Positions 9,690 to 20,700 of a stretch of DNA of 64,000 nt are shown one piece after another (position 1 is the first letter of the stretch; each line of letters begins with the position of its first letter). Position numbers and translations under genes: made by a program. The stretch comes from Gemmatimonadota bacterium (GTDB lineage Bacteria > Gemmatimonadota > Gemmatimonadetes > Gemmatimonadales > Gemmatimonadaceae), in contig JAZJZK010000012.1 in assembly GCA_040389905.1 (NCBI GenBank), positions 126,929 to 190,928 of the forward strand, written 5' to 3'. The notes beneath the pieces were generated by a model, which saw only the letters and a list, made by a program, of their open reading frames with translations, did not search any database and had not been told where the DNA came from.

Positions 9690-12600
9690 TTGGGGCACGC
9701 GAGCGCGTCATTCTCACGCCGCCCTGTCCGGCGGCTCACCGGTACAAATCGCTTGAACGTGAGGCCGACCGCTTCGGCGCATCTACGACTGGTGACACTC
9801 GGCTCGCTCTCACTTGAGCGCGAAGGCGGGAAAGAAGTCGCGTCCATTCTGACGCAGCCGAAGCGCCTGGCCCTCCTCGCGTACCTCACGTGCGCGAATC
9901 CGCGCGGACTTCACCAGCGCGACCGCGTGCTCGGAATGTTCTGGCCGGAGCTGGACCAGGAGCGCGCACGGGCGGCACTCAGCCAATCGCTCTACGTGCT
10001 CAAGAAAGCGCTTGGACCCGATGTGATCGTGACGCGCGGTGCGGACCAGGTCGGGGTCGACCATACGGTCGTATGGTGCGACGCCACCGCCTTCGAAGAG
10101 GCGCTCGAGCGCGGCAATGTGGATGCGGCGCTCGGCCTCTATCGCGGGGGCCTTCTGGCGGGGTTCTTCCTGTCGGACGCGTCGGGGTTCGAGGACTGGC
10201 TCGAGCGGGAGCGCCGCCGCCTGAGCGGACTCGCCGAGTCGGCTGCGTGGGAGGTCGCCGCGCGACGTGAGTCGGCCGGCGACTCGAGGGCAGCCATCGT
10301 CGCCGCGCGCCGGGCCTTCGAGCTGTCCACGCACGATGAGTCGAGTATGCGCCGCCTTCTCGCGCTCCTCGACCGAATGGGCGATCGCGCCGGCGCGCTC
10401 GACGAGTACGACCGGTATGCGAAGAAGCTGCGCATCCAGTTCGACGCGGATCCGGCGCCTGAGACGCAGGCGCTCATTACCGCGATCCGGGCCCGCGCTG
10501 CTCACCGGGAGCTGGCCCCGCTCGATCCCGTTCCCGTCGCGGCCTCAGACGGGGTGACCGCGCACCAGGCACCCGCATCGCTGGAAGTGCCGCCTGCAGC
10601 GCCGACCCCTGCGCCTCCAGGCGCGGCCCCGCGGACTCGCTGGCCACGCTACGCAATGGCGGGGGGCGTCGCGCTCGCAGGTGCGCTGGCGATCCTCGCA
10701 TTCTGGCCACGAAGCTCCGCGAGCGATTTTTCCGGCAGTCGGATCGCCGTGTTGCCCTTCACGCACATCGGTGCAGCAGAGACCCGGTATCTCAGCCAGG
10801 GCGTGGTCGACCTGCTCGCGACGAAGCTCGACGGCGCCGGCGAGCTGCAGGCCGTCGATCCACGCGCGATGCACACGCGTGTTGGGAGCGATTCGACGCT
10901 CTCGTCGAGCCCGGAGCGCGCGAAGGCGATCGCCCGCGAATTCCGCGCCGGCTACTATCTCCTCGGCAACGTCACGCAAGCGGGACGCTCGATTCATCTT
11001 CGCGCGACGCTCTACGATCATGATGGCCGGACCCAGGGTCGCGCGGAAAGCACCGCGGAAGACGAAAGCGCGTTGTTCCGCGCGGTGGATGACCTCGCGC
11101 GGGTGCTTCTCTCGGAGTTGAATCGCGGATCGAACCGGCGGCTGGAGCAGGTGGCCGGCCTCACGACCCACTCGGTGCCGGCGCTCAAGTTCTATCTCGA
11201 AGGAGACCGCGAGCTTCGCGGAGGCCGCTTTAGCGCGGCTGCGCAGAATTTTCAGGAAGCGATCCGCGAGGACACCACCTTCGCGCTCGCGTACTACCGC
11301 ATGGCGCTGGTCCTCGACCAGATCGGCGGAGACTCTTTGCAGCAGGTGATGCTCGCGTCAGCAGTGCGTCACAGCGGCAGGCTCAGCGAGCATGACCGGC
11401 GACTCGTCGAGGCATTGGCGCAGTTCCACCGGGGTTCACTCGACGTTGCGGAAGGTCAGTATGCGCACATCGTCGCGCAGTTCCCGCATGATACCGAGGC
11501 GTGGCGGCAGCTCGGCGAACTCGTGTTCCATACCGCACCGGTGCGTGGCCGCAGCATGCTGGAGGCATGGCACCCCTTCGAGCGACTGGTGGAGCTCGAC
11601 CCTGAGGATGTCAGCGGGCTGACACACTTCGCGCGTCTCGCCGCACTGCGGGGCGACCTGCCCAGATTGCGCGACATACATCGCCGCGTTGCGCGCCTCG
11701 AGCCCGGATTGGCGCGCGAAGCGGAAGTGCGACTCCTCCTCGCGTACAGGGAAGCGCCGAGGGCGAGAGCGGCGCAGGTGATGGACACGCTCGCTCGCGC
11801 ATTTTCCGCCGAGGATCTCTGGAACTGGGCGGCGCGCGTTGCGACGTTCACGGAGAATCCGCAGGCGCTCCTCGACGCGAGCGCCATACTTGCGCGCACC
11901 GAGCAGCCGACGGCGGCGCGCGCCGTGAGCCACGTACTTCGTGCCCAGGCCTTCGCGACCCTGGGGCGCTGGCGCAATGCTCGCACCGAGATAGCGCGGC
12001 TGCAACGGCTCGATCCCATCACCGGTTCGTTGCTCGGCGGCTACCTCGCCGTACTCCCGTTCGCTGCGGGCGACGCTTCGCATCTCGAGGCGGCCCGTGC
12101 GGACTTGATGCGAGGCTTCCCCGTTTCGGCATCGCGAACGATGGTGATGGGCGACCTCGAGGTGATTCCGCACAAGGCCATGCGGCACGCGTTGCTGGGG
12201 CTCGTTGAGTTGAGGCTTGGCAAACGTGGCGCGGCAGCGCGCCATGCGGACTCGATCGATGCGCTCTCAGTTCATCCGGCGCACCGAACGGGGCAGGCTG
12301 CGGTCGTCCTCCGCGCAGCCCTCGCGAGCGCCAACGACCAGCGCGCTGCGGCGCTCGGCACGATCGAGGAGTTTCGTCGCGAGCACAATCAACGCGGCAG
12401 CTACTGGGGCTTCCCAGCCTTCAACAATGCGCTGGAACGACACCTGCGCGCCGAGCTCCTGCTGCAGGCGGGACGGGAGCAGGAGGCATTCGGCTGGTTC
12501 GCGAGCGTGAACCAGGACCTGATGTTCAACTACTTTTTCCTCGCTCCCTCACATCTCCGCCGAGGAGAGATCCTGGATCGGCGGGGAAAACGCGCCGAGG

Positions 12601-12695
12601 CGAAGCTGCACTACGAGAAGTACCTGGCGCTGCGGCAGGGTGCCGATCCCGAGCTGCAAGGAGAGATCCGACGAGTCGAGGAGCGGATGCGCTGA
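9690..12695 (+). CDS. SARP/BTAD-domain regulator fused to TM, TolB-N-like and TPR domains
   Basis: LVTLGSL...QPKRLALLAYL...RDRVLGMFWPE...LYRGGLLAGF (wHTH-BTAD), a TM helix, IAVLPF domain and TPR repeats. Start is uncertain (9690 or 9759). Confidence 0.85.
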   Translation: MGHASASFSRRPVRRLTGTNRLNVRPTASAHLRLVTLGSLSLEREGGKEVASILTQPKRLALLAYLTCANPRGLHQRDRVLGMFWPELDQERARAALSQSLYVLKKALGPDVIVTRGADQVGVDHTVVWCDATAFEEALERGNVDAALGLYRGGLLAGFFLSDASGFEDWLERERRRLSGLAESAAWEVAARRESAGDSRAAIVAARRAFELSTHDESSMRRLLALLDRMGDRAGALDEYDRYAKKLRIQFDADPAPETQALITAIRARAAHRELAPLDPVPVAASDGVTAHQAPASLEVPPAAPTPAPPGAAPRTRWPRYAMAGGVALAGALAILAFWPRSSASDFSGSRIAVLPFTHIGAAETRYLSQGVVDLLATKLDGAGELQAVDPRAMHTRVGSDSTLSSSPERAKAIAREFRAGYYLLGNVTQAGRSIHLRATLYDHDGRTQGRAESTAEDESALFRAVDDLARVLLSELNRGSNRRLEQVAGLTTHSVPALKFYLEGDRELRGGRFSAAAQNFQEAIREDTTFALAYYRMALVLDQIGGDSLQQVMLASAVRHSGRLSEHDRRLVEALAQFHRGSLDVAEGQYAHIVAQFPHDTEAWRQLGELVFHTAPVRGRSMLEAWHPFERLVELDPEDVSGLTHFARLAALRGDLPRLRDIHRRVARLEPGLAREAEVRLLLAYREAPRARAAQVMDTLARAFSAEDLWNWAARVATFTENPQALLDASAILARTEQPTAARAVSHVLRAQAFATLGRWRNARTEIARLQRLDPITGSLLGGYLAVLPFAAGDASHLEAARADLMRGFPVSASRTMVMGDLEVIPHKAMRHALLGLVELRLGKRGAAARHADSIDALSVHPAHRTGQAAVVLRAALASANDQRAAALGTIEEFRREHNQRGSYWGFPAFNNALERHLRAELLLQAGREQEAFGWFASVNQDLMFNYFFLAPSHLRRGEILDRRGKRAEAKLHYEKYLALRQGADPELQGEIRRVEERMR

Positions 12696-12712
12696 TCGGC
12701 CCCTACCGGAAC

Positions 12713-13528
12713 TTATGCCTTTCGCCGACGTGCAGCGATACCTGCGATACCCAGAAGTCCCGTCGCCAACAGCACCACTGAGGCGGGCTCCGGCACGGCG
12801 GAGGGCTCCAACTGGAACTCAGCGGCAAAAAGTTGGCCGCCGTTGGTGCCCGTGACATTCACGGACCCCAGCTCCGTACCACTTCGCGAATACTGAAACA
12901 AGGTGGCGGACGGGTCGTTGTTGCTGAACCACAGCGTCTCGTCCACATAATCGTACGCCAGCGCCGAGATGCCGTTTCCCACCACGTTAGGGGTAAACGA
13001 CGAGAGCAGCGTACCGTTCATGGCGTACTGAAAGATGCTGTTGTTGTATGAACCATTGCCGTACTGGCCCACCCACAGCGAATTCGTGCCTGAGTCGTAG
13101 GTGATGCCGACCAGGTTGCCGGGAATCGACGTCGAGATGAAGGGAGCGAGGCCGCTCCAGTCCGTATTGGCGCGCCAGATTCCACCGTAATAGCTGCTCG
13201 CGTAGTTGTACGTCCCATCGGTAGTGCCGTCGAAGAAGCAGCACAGACCGGTCGTGTTGGGGACCGGAGCACCCGTTGGAGTACCACCAAAGGTGTAGCC
13301 TTGGCCCGAGTACCCGTTCGCAGAACCAAGGGTTCGGATGTCGCTCGAGACGGCGAGCCCGAACGCTTGGATGGTCGCCGGCGTGAACTGGCTGGTCACG
13401 GCGCCCCCCTGGATCGTGAAGATCTGGGAGTCATAGCCATCCGTGACGTACAAAGGCCTGGACTGGGCTTGGGCGGGCGCTGCAAGCAGGGCTATCCCAA
13501 GAGCCGAGACGAAGGGAAGAGTGCGCAT
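12713..13528 (-). CDS. PEP-CTERM sorting domain protein
   Basis: Signal peptide ending AQAQ. C-terminus VPEPASVVLLATGLLGIAGIAARRRKA. Confidence 0.92.
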   Translation of the reverse strand: MRTLPFVSALGIALLAAPAQAQSRPLYVTDGYDSQIFTIQGGAVTSQFTPATIQAFGLAVSSDIRTLGSANGYSGQGYTFGGTPTGAPVPNTTGLCCFFDGTTDGTYNYASSYYGGIWRANTDWSGLAPFISTSIPGNLVGITYDSGTNSLWVGQYGNGSYNNSIFQYAMNGTLLSSFTPNVVGNGISALAYDYVDETLWFSNNDPSATLFQYSRSGTELGSVNVTGTNGGQLFAAEFQLEPSAVPEPASVVLLATGLLGIAGIAARRRKA

Positions 13529-14169
13529 TGGTGGGGAATGAGGAGGGAGGTGGTGAGGCGAGGGGGACCCGAAGCCCGTATGCCGCGCCAGGGATCGGGG
13601 CATCCTAGCCGGCCCTTCTCACGCCGCTCTCTCCTGCGGCTCACCGCGTAAATCGGGTGAAGCTGAGACCGCTCTGACTTGGCGCAAAATCGCTCACACA
13701 TCGGGGCAAGAGGCGAATCGCGACGTCGGCGCGCGCGGCGAACGCTCAGCGCGACTCCGGCGGCGTGAGGCTCAATTCACCGCGCAGGTGGGCCGCGAGC
13801 CAGGTCGCGCCCCGATGCGAGAGGTTGGGCACCCCCTCGCCGACTGGACGATCAGCATAACGCCAGAGGATTTGTACACCATCTGTCAGTCGTGCGGTGG
13901 GCCGATGGTTGGATTCATTTTGACTCGTTCGTGGCGGCGGCGATGTCCTGGTTTTCGAGCGTGGCTCCAAGGGCCAATGCGCGCCAGTCCGCGGTTCAAT
14001 GCCTCGACACCTTATCAGAAGGTCGGTGCACACGCAGTCCGCATTTGCGAAATTCCCTTGCCCCTTGCAGTTTCTGGCGGCGCGGTAGGCTCCCACGCGT
14101 CATTGCAGCGTCATTCCCATACGAACCGGTGCGTCATGGGAAGAGAGCAGAAGCCTGACGGCGTTCATC

Positions 14170-15774
14170 ATGAATGGCGAATCGAAGGCACGCGAAACGG
14201 AAGGCCGGATGTATCCTGGCGTATCATCCGGGAGCCAGACCGCTGACATTGCCGAGACGGAGGTCCTCCTTCGACAAGTCTCGCGACTGCTCGCCCCCGA
14301 CTATGAAATCGACGCGCAACTTGGGCGCGGAGGCATGGCGGTCGTGTATGCTGCCACGCATAACAGCACTCGGCAGCGAGTGGCGATCAAGGTCCTTCCG
14401 CCACAGCTGGCTTCCACGGTCGCGGCCGCGCGCGAACGCTTCGTTCGCGAAGCCCGGCTCGCGGCCGCGCTCATCCACCCCGGCATTGTGCCTGTGCACG
14501 CAGCGGCGATCAAGGATGACATCGCCTACTTCGTGATGGCACTGGTGGAAGGCGAGAGCCTCGCCCAGCGCCTCATGCGTGAGCCACGTCTGTCCACGGC
14601 CGACGCACGTTTGCTCCTTGCCGAAATCGCCGATGCGTTGCGCTGTGCGCACAGCGCCGGCGTAATGCATCGCGACATCAAGCCCGACAACATTCTTATC
14701 GAAGACCCAACCGGTCGCGCGATGCTCAGTGATTTCGGCATCGCCCGCGTGCTGGATGATACCGCGCGCCTTACGCGCGAAGATGTAATAGTTGGCACGC
14801 CGGAGTACATGTCCCCGGAGCAGGCTCGCGGCGACGCTGACATCGATCATCGCGCGGATATCTACTCCCTCGGAATCGTCGGGTATGAGATCCTCGCGGG
14901 CCACCGTCCTTTCTTGGCCCGGAATGCCATGGCGGTCCTCGCCAAGCACGTCAACGAGCCGCTGCCGCCGCTGCTCGCGTCGCGTCCAGACGTTCCGCCG
15001 GACATGGTCTACGCGATCGAACGGGCATTGGAGAAACAGCCGGAAGACCGATGGGACAGTGCCTCAGATTTTCTGGCGGCGCTGGGCGGTCTTCCGTCAT
15101 CCCCGGAGCGCGCACAGCGGTACCCCAGCGCGAGCGTCCGCGCGTTCACCATCGCGGAGCAGCGGGCCGACTACGCGAAGCGCCGCCTCGGCCGATTTCG
15201 GCGACAGGCGCGTGCATCGCTCGGTGTCACGGGTGGGCTCGGAATCATGCTGGCGCTGCTCGAGGCGGACACGCTGCCTGCCGTGGCACTCGTTAGCGTG
15301 CCCCTGGTTGGTCTGGTGATCGAGGGTGCGCGCCTGTATGCCGACGGAATCCCCGTGTCCTGGATGCTTTCGGTCATTTTCAACACTGGCGACACCGGTC
15401 CGGAGCGGGCGTTGCCTGACCCGCGGGAGCGGTATGCCGCTCGCTGCGAGGTGGCGCGCCGGGGCGCGGCGAACGAGGTGACTGAGATCCGGCGCCTGCT
15501 CGAGACGCTGTCGGAACATGACCGTCCCCTGATCACGCACGTTGATGCAACGGTTGCGGCACTTCTCGATGATATGGAGGCGCTGACCGAGCAGTTGCTG
15601 ACGAACACCGACGACGCCCCAGTGCACACGGATACCAAGGGAGAGACGCTGCTCAAGCTCGACAGCGTCGTCGATGCCATGTATGGGATTCGGCTGGACC
15701 TCATGGAGCAGCGGGAGAAAGCGCTCCGTCGTGGCGCGTCAACGAGCACTGAGGCGTCCGATGAAGAACGCTAG
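14170..15774 (+). CDS. Hanks-type Ser/Thr protein kinase with membrane segments
   Basis: LGRGGMAVVY, VAIK, HRDIKPDN, DFG, GTPEYMSPE. Hydrophobic segments and a helical tail follow the kinase domain. Confidence 0.93.
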   Translation: MNGESKARETEGRMYPGVSSGSQTADIAETEVLLRQVSRLLAPDYEIDAQLGRGGMAVVYAATHNSTRQRVAIKVLPPQLASTVAAARERFVREARLAAALIHPGIVPVHAAAIKDDIAYFVMALVEGESLAQRLMREPRLSTADARLLLAEIADALRCAHSAGVMHRDIKPDNILIEDPTGRAMLSDFGIARVLDDTARLTREDVIVGTPEYMSPEQARGDADIDHRADIYSLGIVGYEILAGHRPFLARNAMAVLAKHVNEPLPPLLASRPDVPPDMVYAIERALEKQPEDRWDSASDFLAALGGLPSSPERAQRYPSASVRAFTIAEQRADYAKRRLGRFRRQARASLGVTGGLGIMLALLEADTLPAVALVSVPLVGLVIEGARLYADGIPVSWMLSVIFNTGDTGPERALPDPRERYAARCEVARRGAANEVTEIRRLLETLSEHDRPLITHVDATVAALLDDMEALTEQLLTNTDDAPVHTDTKGETLLKLDSVVDAMYGIRLDLMEQREKALRRGASTSTEASDEER

Positions 15775-15993
15775 CGTCGTTACGGCGATTGCCAGCAGCA
15801 TGAACGCCAGCTTGCCAATCATCGGGGGACGCTCCGCGGGACGGAGATCGCGCGTGTGCGAGTCGATTTCGTTCTTCAGCTCGTCTTGTTCCTCGTAGAG
15901 CGCCTCGACGTATCGCTGCACATCCTCGCTTTCGTGCGCAGCGACATAGGCGAGGAGCTCCTCTCTCGACATGGTCGGATTGTCGTCGGTCAC
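15739..15993 (-). CDS. Small coiled-coil protein with C-terminal TM anchor
   Basis: AGGAGG RBS upstream and GTGA overlap with the upstream ORF. Acidic helix followed by hydrophobic LAFMLLAIAVTTLAFFIG. Confidence 0.6.
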   Translation of the reverse strand: MTDDNPTMSREELLAYVAAHESEDVQRYVEALYEEQDELKNEIDSHTRDLRPAERPPMIGKLAFMLLAIAVTTLAFFIGRLSAR

Positions 15994-16553
15994 CTGTGGA
16001 ATCCTCCTGCAAATTCACGAAAATATGCGGCGAGCGAGTCGACCTCGCGCCGTGGCATATCCGATGTGAGAAGGTGCTTCCCTTGCCACGTCACTGGCGG
16101 AATCCCCCGGTCATCGTAGTACCCCACGAGCAACCCCACGCGCGCGCGTTTGCCGGAGGGGCTGAACACCGCCCCTACCAACAACCCGACTACGGCAAGC
16201 AGGCACACCGTCACGGTCAGCCTGCTGCGCAGCCACCGTAACCTGCGCGTCGGCCGGTTTTGCTTCTGCCACGCCAACTCGCTTCTCAGCTCGCGATTCT
16301 GCTGTTCGATCTGTTCGATATGGCGGAATGCGATGTCGCCCGCAGTGCGCCTGACGTTGCACGCCAGCACGTGCTGATCCTCGCCACGGCGTGTTCGCCG
16401 GTTGACGAGATCGGGTGCGTCTCGCGCGGCATTACGGGCCGGATCGAGCATTTCCAATTTTATTGTGTACCGATGGCAGGCGCCAGAACCGCCGGTGCTA
16501 AACGTCCAAGCCCTTGGGATCAGGACCGTATTTGTTCGTTCCCGGATCTCCAT
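15990..16553 (-). CDS. Hypothetical membrane protein (start uncertain)
   Basis: Short coiled coil followed by TM segment LTVTVCLLAVVGLLVGAVF. Translationally coupled to the next ORF. Confidence 0.45.
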   Translation of the reverse strand: MEIRERTNTVLIPRAWTFSTGGSGACHRYTIKLEMLDPARNAARDAPDLVNRRTRRGEDQHVLACNVRRTAGDIAFRHIEQIEQQNRELRSELAWQKQNRPTRRLRWLRSRLTVTVCLLAVVGLLVGAVFSPSGKRARVGLLVGYYDDRGIPPVTWQGKHLLTSDMPRREVDSLAAYFREFAGGFHR

Positions 16554-16863
16554 CCTGCGTGAGATTCACGAGGAATACCAGATTTGCGACTGGAACGATC
16601 GCCATCAGAAGCCACCGGGCGCTTCGGCCTGTATCGTGAAGCCGGCGTATGCAGACGCTGATGCTCGGAATGAAGACGGCGAGGCAAAACACCGCACTGA
16701 GAAGTACGGGGCCGTCGTCCGCATGCTGCGGGAGGGGTAGGTCGTTGATGAACAGGGCCACAATCACCATCCCGTTCACCCAAGAGAAGATCCAGAACTC
16801 CCTTCTCCGTGCGCGACCAGAGAAGCGCGCGAAGCTCCTCCACGGCGCGAGATACCACTGCAT
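16498..16863 (-). CDS. DUF805 (YhaH-like) inner membrane protein
   Basis: FSGRARRREFW, IRRLHDTGRS, GTNKYGPDP. GGAGG RBS upstream. Confidence 0.92.
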   Translation of the reverse strand: MQWYLAPWRSFARFSGRARRREFWIFSWVNGMVIVALFINDLPLPQHADDGPVLLSAVFCLAVFIPSISVCIRRLHDTGRSARWLLMAIVPVANLVFLVNLTQDGDPGTNKYGPDPKGLDV

Positions 16864-17080
16864 GCGTGCCCTCCGGTGCGGCAATGCACTGAAGCTGCAG
16901 GCAGTTATCCAACCGTCAAGTTCTCACCTGCCCGGCCCTTGTCACACGTAACTAAATCTGCCACAAAGACACACGAGTAGTTCGGCTCACTCAGGGATAT
17001 GGTTCCGGGGTATTCGTTCCACCGAGTGAGTTCGGGCTGCCGGGATCGTGCTCGCGAGACGGAGCGCGTGCGGTGCTCGC

Positions 17081-17358
17081 AGCAGGACTTGAAACACCGC
17101 CTGCTGGATCAAGCGATCGAGCACGGTCGGAATGCCTAACAACCGCACCCCGCCGCCCGGTTTCGGATCTCGACCCGACGCACCGCACTTGGCTGGTAGC
17201 CACCCGTGAGCAACTGCTCTCGTATTGTCATCCAGTGTTCGCGCAGCTGAGCCGGCAAGTCGTCCACCGTCACCCCATCCACTCCGGCACTCCCCTGATT
17301 CGCAACGAACACGGTTGAGTGCTCGCACGAGACTCCCTCGCTCAACGATCTGCTCCAT
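17081..17358 (-). pseudogene. ltrA: Group II intron reverse transcriptase/maturase N-terminal remnant
   Basis: MEQIVERGSLVRALNRV / NQGSAGVDGVTV...YQPSAVRRVEI / PKPGGGVRLLGIPTVLDRLIQQA is split over two frames by two frameshifts. It is truncated well before YADD. Confidence 0.9.
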
Positions 17359-17786
17359 CTGATCGACGAGCCTGAGCGTTCGATGGCGTGTGCCGTCGCG
17401 CTGTCCAGGGCGAGTTGGCGCATTCGTGTCCACCCGTGCGCTCGGCGGTCGTTTGACCTACGCGTAGTAGCCAGCCTTCGATACCAGCAACACCTGGCAC
17501 ATTGTGGTGATGTGAAACTCGGCGGTGTGGGCCGCGATGAACACGAATTCCATCGCGGGCGCTTGGCAAGGAACGCCGTGGTGTGTTCAACAGGTCGATG
17601 CAACAGAAGGCATGTTGCTCGAACTCGAGAGACGCGACACCATGGCACGTATCGGACGACCTGGACTATCGGATGGATAGTTGGGCGGCTGGGCAACGTG
17701 GGAAAGCGCAGGCGACCCACGGATGACCACGAGATGACCGGACCGAGGAAGGTTGGCGGACCCAATCACCCCCAATCCCTCCAACA

Positions 17787-20700
17787 ATGCCAACCGTCGC
17801 CGGCAGGGTCGTCCTCGCGGGAACCGATACAGGTGTACCTCAAGTCCGCGTTACTGCCCACTTAGTAACGTCTCCATCCAGCGAGGCCAAGACGTCGGGT
17901 GCGGCCCCCGTCGCCGCCAAATCTGCGGGGTCCACTGCCGGAGCCGCGGTGACAAACCGCGTCGGCGAATTTCTTCTCGAGTTGGACCCGGCCACTCCGC
18001 ACGACGGGGTACTGAGGCTCATTGTGCAAGTCATCTCAGGAGGCTTGCCACCGCATACCACGGATGCCATTGCGATGGACGATGCGCTAACCATCGTGCA
18101 GCGAATCGAGATTGGCGCCGAGGCGATGGCGAGTCTGGTAACACAGGCCCGTTCGTCCGGCGATACTCCCGAGGAGATCATCGGGCGCGTAGGCCGGCGC
18201 GCCGCGGATACCGACCGAGTCCGGGCCGCCGGACGCGCGGTCACCGGGGCACGCTTCGAAGCGAAGCACTCGGGCGTGAAGCGGTTCCGCACTCTGCTGG
18301 CGGAAAAGGAGCGCGGTGCCGCTCCCAAGCATCTCAATTCCTCGATCGTCCGAACCATCAAGACGGACGGCGACGTTGCGGCGGCGAATGAAGCAGCGAT
18401 CAAGGCGTCGCTCTCCCGCCTCCTCAGCGATGCGGGGCAACCCAAGGCGCTACGTGGCATCGCGGTCCTGACGAAGGAAGAACTCGAGGAGGTCAGGGCC
18501 CGCACCAGCAACTTCACCGAGTCACTGAAACTCGAGGACTTCGCTGCCCTTCGGGCCACTCCCGGAACGCGCCCGTTGACCATCGTGCGCTTCCCGCCAC
18601 ACGACGCGGTGTGCCGCAACGGCCGACTGGGAGCTGATCCCTGTGGTGGCATTCTAGTGAACAATGGTTCGACCAGCTCTCGACCAGACGCGCCGGCCCA
18701 CATACCCTCGATCAACGCGGCGACCGTCGCTTCGCCCGACGAGTCGATGAGGGTTTTGCGGGATGCCGCCGTGGCCGTCGCCGCTGGCACGGCTGATCGT
18801 CCGATGCCTTCAAGCCAAGATGACGTGCAGCACGCCCTCGACGGACTGGCGCTCAAGCCGGGCCCGTCCGACCGTCCGTCTTACTTCGAGTTTCATCAGG
18901 TACACATCGCTTTCGAGCATGTCTGGCTGGAAGCTATCGATGAGGGCGCGCTCGACATCGCCGGCCGTGCCTTTCAGGAGGTGGCGAATCTCACCGGCGC
19001 GAGCGAAGGATTCTTGTTAGGGATCTTCTCTGATCCATGGCGCGAAGCTGCCTTCTGGAGGGGTCTCTTGGCCGACACCGTGGCCGAGCTGGGCGAAACT
19101 ATCGATCCGCCGCACGGGGTGATCCAGTACTTCGAAATCACTCCCGAGGAATGGGGTGCGCTCGATACGGAGCATCGCGAGGCGCTGTCGTCTCTCGCCA
19201 CCGACATCACTGCTGCCTCCGGCCCCCCCTCGGGACCGTTTGCCGGATTCCTTGCCCCGCTCATGCAGGGGATCATCGCGGGTCTTCGCGAGCGCGGACG
19301 GACGATCGTCGCCTACGCAGCCCGAAAGGTCGAATCCAACGCTGGATCGTTGAGCCGGCTGCACGGACTCGTGCGAGATCTCGAACTGCGGCTGCGAGAG
19401 CCGTACTTCTTCACGATCTACGCTGCGAATCGTTACCAGCGGAGCGTCAATTTCGGACTCGTCACAACGTACCAGCAGGAGTGGCGGCCACTGGACTATC
19501 AAGTCGGGCGCCTCGTGCAAACCATTCCGCTTGCGCCACGAGAGGTTCGGAAATTCAGCAAGAAGCGGGTGGTCAAACGTGCAAGGGCGGAGAAGGAAGT
19601 CGCCAACAACATGGAGAGCCGCCGGAGCGAACAGTCCGATTCCTGGCGATCGGAAAGCGAGATTGTCCAACGGGCCCAGAACAAGTCCAACTTCAGTATG
19701 ACAGCGGACGGCGCCTTCAAGCTTGGCATCGCCGACGCGAAGACGTCGACCGTACTGGGGACAGAAGCATCGAGCGAGTCCATGCAGACCAAAAAGGACT
19801 TCCGCGAGGCGGTGCTAAAATCGGCCGAAGAGTACAAGAACGAGCGGACCATAGAGGTAACCTCCAACGACGCGACAGAAACGGACGCCGATGAGTCGGG
19901 CGAAATCAGCAACCCGAATGACGAGCTCACGGTCACCTATCTCTTTTATGAGCTGCAGCGGCGGTACCGGATTTCAGAACGACTCCACCGGCTGACGCCG
20001 GTCGTGCTAGTAGCGCAGGAGGTCCCTCAGCCGCAGGAGATCGACAACGACTGGCTCGTGGCGCACGACTGGATTCTCGGACGCGTCTTACTCGACGACT
20101 CGTTTGTTCCCGCCCTGCGATACCTGTCGACGTCGCTGGTTGGCGCGGAGCATGCGCTCGTGGAACTGCAACGCAACCTCGTGGCGCAGCGGCGCCTGCT
20201 CACGTCGCTGCGGGATGATCTCGTGATGTATCAACGCCAGGCTGGAAGCCGCTACGAGGCGCTCGAGCAGTCGATCAAACGCCGCGCCGAGGTGGTCGGC
20301 GGGGAACAGACCGAGGGTATTCTCGACAAGGCATGGGATTTCTTTGGCGGAAGCAGTGGCGAAGAGTCTGAGGAGAAGGCCCGGATCATCGAAGACTCCG
20401 CCAAGGACGCGTACGAGCGTGCAGCGAAGGAAGAGAAATCGCTACGGGACCGAGTCGAGCGTGAAGTGACGGCCCTCTCGGCACTCACCGAAACGTACAC
20501 GGCGAAGCTGGCCGAGCACCTGAATCGCAAGGAGCAGGTGTCCCGGCTCCGGGTGCATGTGAAGGAGAACATCCTCTATTACATGCAGGCCGTCTGGTCG
20601 CATGAGCCGCCCGATCAGCGCTTCTTCCGACTTCATACTGTGCAGGTGCCGGACCTTCGAGGTACTCGTCGCGTGCGGTTCAACCCATCGGTCGGCACGG

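Noticed and set aside
13600..14170. tRNA or structured ncRNA in the long intergenic gaps (also 23000-23560, 44210-44850, 53890-54420)
   Set aside because: No cloverleaf, T-loop or riboswitch consensus was recognisable by eye. An Infernal/Rfam scan would be needed to exclude them.
15739..16990. Integron cassette array around DUF805 and the small ORFs
   Set aside because: I could not find paired RYYYAAC/GTTRRRY attC boxes or an integrase.
17081..17358. Functional retron, DGR or defence-associated RT
   Set aside because: It is only a frameshifted N-terminal fragment with group II intron motifs and no catalytic YxDD.
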